A stretch of DNA of 64,000 bases from an uncultured Verrucomicrobiae bacterium. GTDB lineage: Bacteria > Verrucomicrobiota > Verrucomicrobiia > Chthoniobacterales > UBA10450. Both the position numbers and the translations under genes were made by a program. The stretch is taken from the NCBI GenBank assembly GCA_963735805.1, contig CAVTMK010000002.1, forward strand, positions 832,001 to 896,000, in the 5' to 3' direction. A model generated the notes under the pieces. That model was not told the origin of the DNA. It ran no database searches and was given only the letters and a program-made list of their open reading frames with translations. Each line of letters begins with the position of its first letter. The stretch's first letter is position 1. Below, one piece after another: positions 19,081 to 27,401 of this stretch.

Positions 19081-20368
19081 ATGAATTGGGTCCTGGGTCT
19101 CGTCGCAGCACGCCCGAACTGGTGGATCGTGTTGCCGTTTGTGACCTTGTTGGTGGCGATCGCGCTCGCTCCGCTCATCGCTCAACATCATTGGGAGCGT
19201 CACTACCACAAGCTTTGCGTCGCTCTCGCCGGCATAGTTTGTCTGTATTATCTCTTCGTCGTTAACGAGTCCGCGCGCGTCCTACACGCGGGAATAGATT
19301 ACCTGACCTTCATGGTCGTAGTCGGTTCCTTCTTCGTTGTCGCAGGCGGAATTCATTTGCGCGTCAAATCGCCAAGCGGCGCGATGAGAAACACTCTGTT
19401 CCTTTTTGTCGGCGCGCTGCTGGGAAATCTAATCGGTACCATCGGCGCATCGATGCTGCTGATCAGGCCGTGGATCGCGATGAACAGAGGCCGCGTCGCC
19501 CCGATGCATATCGCGTTCTTTGTTTTTCTAGTCAGCAACATCGGCGGCGCGTTGTTGCCAGTCGGTCCGCCGCTCTTCCTGGGATTTCTCAAAGGTGTGC
19601 CGTTTGGCTGGACGCTCCAAAATTGCTGGCGCCAATGGCTGCTCACGGTCGCGATTATTTTGGCCGTTTTTTTTGTTCTGGATCTTATCAATCTTCGCCG
19701 GCGCAAAAGGGCCATTCAGGAAAGCGAGCTTACGCAATGGCGCTGCGACGGTGCTCAGAACTTTCTTTTCCTGCTTGCGCTTCTGGCTGCGCTCATCGCC
19801 GTGCGTGCAGGCTGGCGCGAGCCGCTCATGGTACTGATTGCGCTGGGATCCTATTTCGCTACGCCACAGCGCATTCGCGAAGCCGACAATTTTAGCTTTG
19901 CCCCGCTCAAGGAAGTCGGCTGGCTCTTTCTGGGCATTTTTGGAACGATGATTCCGGTTTTGGAATTCATGGAACAATCCGCCGACAAACTGGGATTGAC
20001 TTCAGAGACGTCATTCTTCTGGGCAACCGGCTTGCTCTCCGCCTTGCTCGATAACGCGCCAACCTATCTCGCTTTTTTTGCTGCAGCGCTTGGACTCCAC
20101 CACTTCGACGATCAACGATCCGTTGCAGGTCGCCGACTTTATTTCCAAAAACGGCAGCGAATTAACCGCGCTCTCGCTGGGCGCAGCGTTCTTTGGCGCG
20201 CTGACTTACATCGGCAACGCACCGAACCTGCTGGTGAAAACGATTGCCGAACATGCGCATGTGCCGACGCCCAGCTTCGTCGGCTATATCTGCCGATTCG
20301 CTATCCCAGTCTTGATCCCTATCTTTGCACTAATCTCGATTTTGTTTTTCTCTCGGTGGGCAGCGTAA
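19081..20368 (+). pseudogene. Sodium:proton antiporter-like (IT superfamily) membrane protein with a 1-nt insertion near 20110
   Basis: SNIGG..GPPLFLGFLKGVPF and LDNAPTYL in one frame; the conserved GALTYIGNAPN and last TMs are in the next frame. Removing G20110 gives ...HFDINDPLQ... Confidence 0.8.
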
Positions 20369-20391
20369 CTGCCGAGGAAGCAATTGCCCTA

Positions 20392-20408
20392 TTAATGTTT
20401 TTTTAATG
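20392..20408 (+). promoter_or_regulatory. Putative KdpE binding site
   Basis: TTAATG-TTTTT-TTAATG (6-5-6 direct repeat, 11-bp period), about 60 nt upstream of the first kdp ORF. Confidence 0.55.
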
Positions 20409-20469
20409 CATTAGGCGTGCGGTTTAATTAACGCGTCAGCCAAAAGTCGCTCACCATTGGGGATAGTTT

Positions 20470-20562
20470 ATGAGCGAATTCATTATCGTAGGAATAATCG
20501 TCATTCTGGGCGTGAACGGACTTTACTCGCGCTTTTGCGAGCAGCCTAAGGACAAGCGATGA
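20470..20562 (+). CDS. Kdp-associated micropeptide 1 (30 aa)
   Basis: MSEFIIVGIIVILGVNGLYSRFCEQPKDKR; GGGGA upstream; its stop overlaps the next ATG (ATGA). Confidence 0.6.
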   Translation: MSEFIIVGIIVILGVNGLYSRFCEQPKDKR

Positions 20563-20642
20563 GCGATCTCGTTTTCGCAGGAAGTGTAATCCTATTTTTT
20601 GTCGTAAGCGCTGTTTACGTGCGTTTTTGCGACCACCTCTAG
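20559..20642 (+). CDS. Kdp-associated micropeptide 2 (27 aa)
   Basis: MSDLVFAGSVILFFVVSAVYVRFCDHL; AAGGA SD; one TM; shares Y-x-R-F-C-[ED] with peptide 1. Confidence 0.75.
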   Translation: MSDLVFAGSVILFFVVSAVYVRFCDHL

Positions 20643-20650
20643 GATGCCTC

Positions 20651-20734
20651 ATGGAAACAATCATCGTCGGAATCATCGCGCTGCTGCTGTTCGCCTACTT
20701 GTTTATCGCCATGATCCGCCCGGAGAAATTCTAA
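20651..20734 (+). CDS. kdpF: K+-transporting ATPase subunit F
   Basis: METIIVGIIALLLFAYLFIAMIRPEKF; canonical YL...PE(K/R)F C-terminus directly before kdpA; AGGA SD. Confidence 0.93.
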   Translation: METIIVGIIALLLFAYLFIAMIRPEKF

Positions 20735-20744
20735 GGAATCGATT

Positions 20745-22544
20745 ATGCAAGCTTCAGGTTGGATCCAATTTGCTATCTACATCGTCGCGCTTGCGCTGAT
20801 TACGAAGCCGATGGGGCTATATCTGTTGCAGGTGCTCGATGCCAACGGCAAAACGTGGCTCGATCCGCTGCTGCGCCCGCTCGAGCGCGGGACCTATCGC
20901 ATTATGGGCGTGGATCCGAACAAGGAGCACGACTGGAAGCAATACACCCTCGCCATGCTGCTCTTCAGCATGGTCGGCTGTTTGTTCACTTACGCGATTC
21001 TGCGGCTGCAAAATATCCTGCCGTTAAATCCGCAAGGCCTGGCCGGAGTTAGCCCGGATTGTTCGTTCAACACTGCGACAAGTTTCACCACCAACACGAA
21101 TTGGCAGAGCTATGTCGGCGAAACCACCATGTCGTATTTCTCGCAAATGGTGGGGCTGGCATTTCATAATTTCGTCAGCGCCGCAACCGGCATCGCTATT
21201 GCCGCAGCGCTCGTCAGGGGAATTGCGCGCCATACGGCTAACACCATCGGCAACTTCTGGGTCGATCTCGTCCGCGTCACTTATTACCTGCTCATCCCTA
21301 TCTGCGTCGTCTTCGCGGTTTTCCTCGTGTCGCAGGGGATGATCCAAAACTTCAAACCGTACACGAAAGCGACCTTGGCCGAACCGATGAGAGTTTCTGT
21401 CGCCAAAGTGGACAAGGATGGCAAAGCCGTGGTCGACGCTGAAGGCAAGCCGGTGATGGAAGAGCAGACCGTCACCGAGCAAAACATCGTGCAAGGACCG
21501 ATGGCGTCGCAGGTCGCAATCAAGATGCTTGGGACGAACGGCGGTGGTTACGTCAATGCCAACGCGTCGCATCCGTTCGAGAATCCAACACCGCTCTCCA
21601 ATTTTTTCCAGATGCTATCCATTTTCTCGATCGGCAGTGGGCTCACTTATTATCTCGGTCGAATGGTGAAGAACCAAAAGCACGGCTGGACGGTTTGGGC
21701 GGTGATGCTCGCACTATTTATGGCCGGCGTTCTGCTGGCGTGGAATTCGGAAGCGGCGGGTAATCCGATTCATCAAAATCTCGGAGTCGCCGCGGTTGAT
21801 GGAAACATGGAGGGCAAGGAGGTCCGTTTCGGAATTTTCAATTCCGCGCTTTTCGCCACCATCACGACCGACGCATCATGCGGCGCAGTCAATTCGATGC
21901 ATGATTCGTTTACGCCACTCGGTGGATTCGTGCCGCTATTCAACATTCAGTTAGGCGAAATTATTTTCGGCGGTGTCGGCGCAGGACTTTACGGGATGCT
22001 CGTGTTTGTTGTGCTCGCCGTCTTCATCGCTGGCCTCATGGTCGGACGCACGCCGGAATATCTCGGCAAAAAGATCGAGTCCTACGATGTCAAGATGGCA
22101 ATGCTTTCGTTGTTGATTCTCGCCATTTCCATTCTGGGATTCGCGGCGTGGGCGATTGTGAGCAAATGGGGACTCGTCGCCCTGAACAACAGCGGCCCGC
22201 ACGGCTTGAGCGAGATTCTTTACGCGTTCACATCCGGCACGGGGAACAACGGAAGTGCGTTCGCCGGTATTAGCGCCAACACGCCATGGCTCAACACCAC
22301 CATCGGTATTGCGATGTTGGTCGGACGCTTCCTGATGATTGTGCCGATCCTTGCCTTGGCCGGTTCGTTAGTGCGAAAGAAAGTCACGCCGGCCAGCGTG
22401 GGAACGTTTCCGGTCCACGGCGGCACATTTTTCATTCTGCTCATCGGCACCGTGCTTTTGATCGGCGCGCTGAATTTCGTTCCAGCGCTGACGCTTGGGC
22501 CCATCGTCGAACACTTCCTCATGCAAGGCGGAAAACTTTTCTAA
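20745..22544 (+). CDS. kdpA: K+-transporting ATPase subunit A
   Basis: SFTTNTNWQSY, LGTNGGG, HPFENP, GRTPEYLGKK, NNGSAF. Confidence 0.98.
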   Translation: MQASGWIQFAIYIVALALITKPMGLYLLQVLDANGKTWLDPLLRPLERGTYRIMGVDPNKEHDWKQYTLAMLLFSMVGCLFTYAILRLQNILPLNPQGLAGVSPDCSFNTATSFTTNTNWQSYVGETTMSYFSQMVGLAFHNFVSAATGIAIAAALVRGIARHTANTIGNFWVDLVRVTYYLLIPICVVFAVFLVSQGMIQNFKPYTKATLAEPMRVSVAKVDKDGKAVVDAEGKPVMEEQTVTEQNIVQGPMASQVAIKMLGTNGGGYVNANASHPFENPTPLSNFFQMLSIFSIGSGLTYYLGRMVKNQKHGWTVWAVMLALFMAGVLLAWNSEAAGNPIHQNLGVAAVDGNMEGKEVRFGIFNSALFATITTDASCGAVNSMHDSFTPLGGFVPLFNIQLGEIIFGGVGAGLYGMLVFVVLAVFIAGLMVGRTPEYLGKKIESYDVKMAMLSLLILAISILGFAAWAIVSKWGLVALNNSGPHGLSEILYAFTSGTGNNGSAFAGISANTPWLNTTIGIAMLVGRFLMIVPILALAGSLVRKKVTPASVGTFPVHGGTFFILLIGTVLLIGALNFVPALTLGPIVEHFLMQGGKLF

Positions 22545-22556
22545 GATCGATTATCG

Positions 22557-24599
22557 ATGAAAGCACAATCTCGTTCACTCTTTGATTGGAACATTGTTCG
22601 TCCGGCAATTGGCGACGCGTTCAAGAAATTGAACCCGCGTCTGATGGTGAAGAACCCGGTCATGTTCGTGACCATGGTGGGCGCCGCCCTAACGACTGTG
22701 GGAATCTTCACAGCCACGCCCGATTTGCGCGGATTCGTCACGCAACTCGCGATCTGGCTCTGGTTCACGGTGTTGTTCGCCAACTTCGCCGAAGCGATGG
22801 CTGAAGGCCGCGGTAAAGCCCAGGCGGCCAGTCTGCGGCGCGCGCGCAAAGAAACGATGGCGCGTCGCCTGCAGAATGGCCGTGAGGTAAAAGTTCCAGC
22901 GCCCATCTTGCAAAAAGGCGACCTCGTGGTCTGCGAAGCCGGCGACATCATTCCCGCAGACGGCGATGTTGTGGAGGGAATTGCAAGCGTCGATGAAGCC
23001 GCGATCACCGGCGAATCGGCGCCGGTCATCCGCGAGAGTGGCGGCGACCGCAGCGCGGTCACTGGCGGAACGCGTGTGCTGAGCGATCGCATCGTCATTC
23101 GGGTGACTATGGAGAAAGGGGGAGGCTTTCTCGACCGCATGATCGCGCTGGTGGAAGGCGCGCGCCGTCAAAAAACGCCTAACGAAATCGCGCTCACGAT
23201 TCTGCTCGCGGCGCTGACGTTTATCTTTCTGCTCGTCTGCGTCACGCTGAAACCGTTCGGCATTTATTCCGGCACAGTATTTTCCATTCCAGTTCTGATC
23301 GCGTTGTTGGTTTGTTTGATTCCCACAACCATCGGCGGACTACTCAGTGCTATTGGCATTGCCGGAATGGACCGCGTGTTGCAGCGAAATGTTCTGGCGA
23401 TGAGCGGGCGGGCTGTCGAAGCAGCCGGAGATGTAGATGTTTTGTTGCTCGACAAAACCGGCACCATCACGCTCGGCAATCGCATGGCCGTCGCGTTTCA
23501 TGCCGCGCCCGGCGTTCAGCCTAACGACCTCGCGGCTTCGGCACAGTTGAGCTCGCTTGCCGACGAAACGCCTGAGGGCCGCAGCATCGTCGTGCTCGCG
23601 AAAGAGAAATTCGGATTACGCGCACGCGAGATGCATGAACTGGAGGCGACATTCGTGCCTTTCACCGCGCAAACGCGGATGAGCGGTGTCGATCTTCATG
23701 CCAACGGCGCCCAACCGACGATGCGTGTGCGCAAAGGCGCTGCCGAGGCGGTGCGCGGATTCGTTGAATCAGCCGGCGGTATTTTCCCGCAGCCAGTCGG
23801 AAAGACGGTTGACGAGATTTCCCATCGCGGCGGCACGCCGCTGGTTGTCGCATCGGACATGGTGACGCTGGGCACGATCGAGCTCAAAGATGTGGTCAAA
23901 GGCGGCATCAAGGATCGCTTCGCGCAGTTACGCAAGATGGGAATCAAAACGGTGATGATCACGGGTGACAATCCACTCACCGCCGCAGCCATCGCTGCTG
24001 AGGCGGGTGTAGACGATTTCATGGCGCAAGCGACGCCGGAACAAAAACTGAAGCGAATCCGTCAGGAACAAGCGGAGGGCCATCTGGTCGCCATGACCGG
24101 CGACGGAACGAACGACGCTCCTGCGCTCGCACAAGCTGATGTCGGTGTAGCGATGAATACCGGCACGCAAGCCGCGCGCGAAGCCGGCAACATGGTCGAT
24201 CTCGATAGCAATCCGACAAAGCTGCTCGACATCGTTGAGATCGGGAAACAGATGCTGATTACACGTGGCTCGCTTACCACGTTCAGTATCGCAAACGATG
24301 TGGCGAAGTACTTCGCGATCATTCCTGCGATGCTGATGGCGACGTTCCCGGCGATTGCGCCGCTGAATATCATGCATCTCCACAGTCCGACAAGCGCAAT
24401 TCTGAGTGCCGTGATTTTCAACGCGCTGATCATTATCGTGCTTATACCACTTGCGCTGCGCGGCGTCGCGTACAAGCCAATGGGCGCGCTGGCGATTTTA
24501 CAACGCAACCTCCTTATCTACGGCTTCGGCGGCATCATTGTTCCGTTTATCGGCATCAAACTGATCGATCTGATCATCACCGCGCTTCACCTGTCCTGA
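22557..24599 (+). CDS. kdpB: K+-transporting P-type ATPase subunit B
   Basis: [30 protein letters not shown]. Confidence 0.98.
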   Translation: MKAQSRSLFDWNIVRPAIGDAFKKLNPRLMVKNPVMFVTMVGAALTTVGIFTATPDLRGFVTQLAIWLWFTVLFANFAEAMAEGRGKAQAASLRRARKETMARRLQNGREVKVPAPILQKGDLVVCEAGDIIPADGDVVEGIASVDEAAITGESAPVIRESGGDRSAVTGGTRVLSDRIVIRVTMEKGGGFLDRMIALVEGARRQKTPNEIALTILLAALTFIFLLVCVTLKPFGIYSGTVFSIPVLIALLVCLIPTTIGGLLSAIGIAGMDRVLQRNVLAMSGRAVEAAGDVDVLLLDKTGTITLGNRMAVAFHAAPGVQPNDLAASAQLSSLADETPEGRSIVVLAKEKFGLRAREMHELEATFVPFTAQTRMSGVDLHANGAQPTMRVRKGAAEAVRGFVESAGGIFPQPVGKTVDEISHRGGTPLVVASDMVTLGTIELKDVVKGGIKDRFAQLRKMGIKTVMITGDNPLTAAAIAAEAGVDDFMAQATPEQKLKRIRQEQAEGHLVAMTGDGTNDAPALAQADVGVAMNTGTQAAREAGNMVDLDSNPTKLLDIVEIGKQMLITRGSLTTFSIANDVAKYFAIIPAMLMATFPAIAPLNIMHLHSPTSAILSAVIFNALIIIVLIPLALRGVAYKPMGALAILQRNLLIYGFGGIIVPFIGIKLIDLIITALHLS

Positions 24600-24602
24600 C
24601 CA

Positions 24603-25196
24603 ATGAAAGAACTCTTCTCCCATATTCGAGGCGCAGTCGTATCGACCGTCGTGCTGTCGATCGTCTGCTGCGGCCTCTATCCGCTCATTGTTTTCGGAAT
24701 TTCGCAGGCGCTCTTTCGCGACAAAGCCAACGGCAGTTTGATTGTCGATCCAAACGGAATGGTGCACGGATCAACGCTGCTGGCGCAAGGTTTTACCGCC
24801 GACAAATATTTTCATCCACGCCCTTCCGCTGCTGGGAATGGTTACGATGCCGCAAGCTCCGGCGGCAGTAATTTGGGACCGACGTCGCAAAAACTAAACG
24901 ACGCGATCAAAGACCGCGTTGCTGCTTACCGCAAGGAGAATGGTTTGAGTGAAACGGAGCCTGTGCCCGCGGATGCTGTGACCACATCAGGCAGCGGGCT
25001 CGATCCTCATATCAGCTTACGCAACGCGGAACTGCAAACTCCGCGCGTCGCCAAAGCTCGCGGCCTATCCGAGGAGAAGGTTCGCGAACTGATTCAGGAA
25101 AAAACCGATGGGCGCGATCTCGGCGTTCTCGGCGAACCGGGTGTGAACGTTCTCAAACTGAACCTCGCGCTCGATGCCCGCCCGACGCAGCCATGA
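24603..25196 (+). CDS. kdpC: K+-transporting ATPase subunit C
   Basis: YFHPRPSA, SGGSNLGP, SGSGLDPHIS, VNVLKLNLALD. Confidence 0.97.
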   Translation: MKELFSHIRGAVVSTVVLSIVCCGLYPLIVFGISQALFRDKANGSLIVDPNGMVHGSTLLAQGFTADKYFHPRPSAAGNGYDAASSGGSNLGPTSQKLNDAIKDRVAAYRKENGLSETEPVPADAVTTSGSGLDPHISLRNAELQTPRVAKARGLSEEKVRELIQEKTDGRDLGVLGEPGVNVLKLNLALDARPTQP

Positions 25197-25456
25197 AACC
25201 TTTGTTCACGATTTCTTCCGCGATGAATGACTCTGCTCGCATTCAATCGAGTCAAGCGGGCGAACCGACGAAAACGTACGTATTCGTTTTCGTTCCTTTT
25301 TACATCACCAGAAAGACAGTTGCATCGACTCGACAATCTCGCCGCAATTTGCTTCTAAAATTACGCCGCATCCTTCTTCGGCAAGATCGACAATCGCTGC
25401 CATTCTGGACCTGGTTTGTCGATAATCCGCGACCCACATCCACCCGCCGATCGTGA
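25193..25456 (+). CDS. Hypothetical 87-aa basic protein
   Basis: Fills the kdpC-porin gap exactly, with 4-nt overlaps at both ends; no recognisable family. Confidence 0.45.
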   Translation: MKPLFTISSAMNDSARIQSSQAGEPTKTYVFVFVPFYITRKTVASTRQSRRNLLLKLRRILLRQDRQSLPFWTWFVDNPRPTSTRRS

Positions 25457-26664
25457 AAACGATCTTTCAATCATTTGGCATTTCGCTCTGTCTCGCCGCA
25501 ACGGTTGTTGCAGGGGAAGTCGCGGTCGTAGCGCCCTCGCCGACACCGGAGCCGCGCTTTAAGATCTCTGGTTGGATCGACAGTGGGATCACCTTTAATC
25601 CTGCCAGCCCGGCAGATAATCAGAACTTTGGACGGTTCTTTGACGATCGCGTGAACGAGCCGCTGTTGAACCAACTTGTAATCAATTTCGAGCGTGCGCT
25701 GGCGCCGCAGCCTGGTCAGTTCGATTGGGGTTTCAAGTTGCAATTCATGTACGGCAGCGACGCGCGCTTCATCCACTCCCTAGGCCTATTCAGCGATACG
25801 GCGGCCACCTCGATCGTTCAGCCGGACATGGTCGAAGGATATCTTAACCTTCACTTTCCCTTTATCAGCGAAGGAGGCCTCGACTTGAAGCTTGGCAAAT
25901 TTGTCACCCTCGAGGGAGCGGAAACGATCGATCCACGCACGAATTTCTTCTATTCGCATACCTACATTTTTAATTTTGGAATTCCGTTTAACCACACCGG
26001 CGGCCTGGCGACCTTTCATGCGACCAAATGGCTCGATCTTTACTCTGGAATTACGCGGGGCGTTAACACCAGCATCGACGATAATAACGATAACGTCTCT
26101 TTTCACGGCGGCGTCGGACTCAACCTGTGGGATGGCAAACTGACGATTCTTGCGACCACTTCCATCGGTCCTGAGACGCCGAACGACAATCACGATCAGC
26201 GTTACCTCAACTGCATCACCACCACATGGAAGATCACCGATAGGTTTACGTCCATCACCGATCTCAACTATGCGCGCGACGACGGAGCCGATGCTGACGC
26301 CTACGGCATCGCGCAATATTTTACCTACGCCATCAACAGTTGGTTAACTGCCGGAATCCGCGGGGAAGTCTTCAGCGATCAAAAAGGCTTTTACGTGGTC
26401 TCGTTTGCTAACATCCATGACCCGATGCGCGCCTTGGAGGGCGAACCGACCATTGATCCACGCACGGTTGGTGGCGGGCATACTACCTACGGCGCAATCA
26501 CCGCCGGTGTGAACATCAAGCCACCGATGCCAAAGCCTATTTCAAGTCTGAACATCCGTCCGGAACTGCGCTACGATCGCGCGTTAAACGGCACGCATCC
26601 ATTCAATCAGTCAAGTGACGTCGATCAGTTTACTGTCGGCGTAGATTGCATTCTCACGTTTTAA
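25453..26664 (+). CDS. Outer-membrane beta-barrel porin (BBP2/OmpL-like)
   Basis: Signal peptide; GKFVT..GAE.I....NFFYSH.Y.F..G.PF.HTG pattern; RPELRYD; C-terminal Phe. Confidence 0.85.
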   Translation: MKTIFQSFGISLCLAATVVAGEVAVVAPSPTPEPRFKISGWIDSGITFNPASPADNQNFGRFFDDRVNEPLLNQLVINFERALAPQPGQFDWGFKLQFMYGSDARFIHSLGLFSDTAATSIVQPDMVEGYLNLHFPFISEGGLDLKLGKFVTLEGAETIDPRTNFFYSHTYIFNFGIPFNHTGGLATFHATKWLDLYSGITRGVNTSIDDNNDNVSFHGGVGLNLWDGKLTILATTSIGPETPNDNHDQRYLNCITTTWKITDRFTSITDLNYARDDGADADAYGIAQYFTYAINSWLTAGIRGEVFSDQKGFYVVSFANIHDPMRALEGEPTIDPRTVGGGHTTYGAITAGVNIKPPMPKPISSLNIRPELRYDRALNGTHPFNQSSDVDQFTVGVDCILTF

Positions 26665-26730
26665 GTACACGCCATCGTGCATAACCTGCTCATTTTCGTC
26701 ACTGGCAGGATCTTCCACCATTAACAACTT

Positions 26731-26835
26731 ATGAATTACTTCCTGTTCAGGGTGCTTGTCTTGGTGCTCTTTGTACTGCTATTGATTCTGCTTACAATCT
26801 TCGAGAAGAAAGCCTTGAGACGCCGTAAGCATTAG
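26731..26835 (+). CDS. Putative 34-aa single-TM micropeptide
   Basis: MNYFLFRVLVLVLFVLLLILLTIFEKKALRRRKH; below the ORF-track cutoff; no clear SD. Confidence 0.4.
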   Translation: MNYFLFRVLVLVLFVLLLILLTIFEKKALRRRKH

Positions 26836-26914
26836 GGCTCAAGGCAATCAGGATTGTTCCGCTATCGCTGTGGCCTGACTCGATTTGGATTCGGGCAAGA
26901 TATAGCTTCGGGCA

Positions 26915-27364
26915 ATGCTCAAGGTCGCAGACACTCCTGGACCGGCGCAAAGATCGCGATGCCATCCCTGGCTCGCGGGGTTCTTTGCTTTTGGCGCAAT
27001 GATGTGCGCTCTTGTCCTGGCCTTGCTTCTCTTTCCTTGCAGCTCTTTCGATTCGGTATGGCGACTTAATCCAGAGGCTCGGCTCGCGTTTCGATCTCTA
27101 GGGAATTGGTCGTTTCTGCTCATGCTGACTGTCGGAATAGCGTGCCTCTTTGCCGCCATCGGGCTATGGCGCGACACTGTTTGGGGCACACGCTTGGCGT
27201 TGACCATTCTTTCGATCAATCTCATTGGTGATCTAGCCAATGCGTTGTTTCGTCACGATTATCGGGCGTTGATTGGTTTGCCTGTAGGCGCCGTGATGAT
27301 CTTTTATTTGGTTCGATCCGGAGATTGGTCCAAAGGCTTTCGCGGTCGGACAAAAGGGGAATAG
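26915..27364 (+). CDS. Hypothetical 4-TM membrane protein
   Basis: Four hydrophobic segments; lies immediately before kdpD. Confidence 0.7.
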   Translation: MLKVADTPGPAQRSRCHPWLAGFFAFGAMMCALVLALLLFPCSSFDSVWRLNPEARLAFRSLGNWSFLLMLTVGIACLFAAIGLWRDTVWGTRLALTILSINLIGDLANALFRHDYRALIGLPVGAVMIFYLVRSGDWSKGFRGRTKGE

Positions 27365-27401
27365 CTTAGTCTGGGCTTAAATTGTAACGTTGTAACCTCC
27401 C

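Noticed and set aside
20110..20406. C-terminal tail of ORF 18985-20406
   Set aside because: Out-of-frame read-through after the 1-nt insertion; the conserved C-terminus is in another frame.
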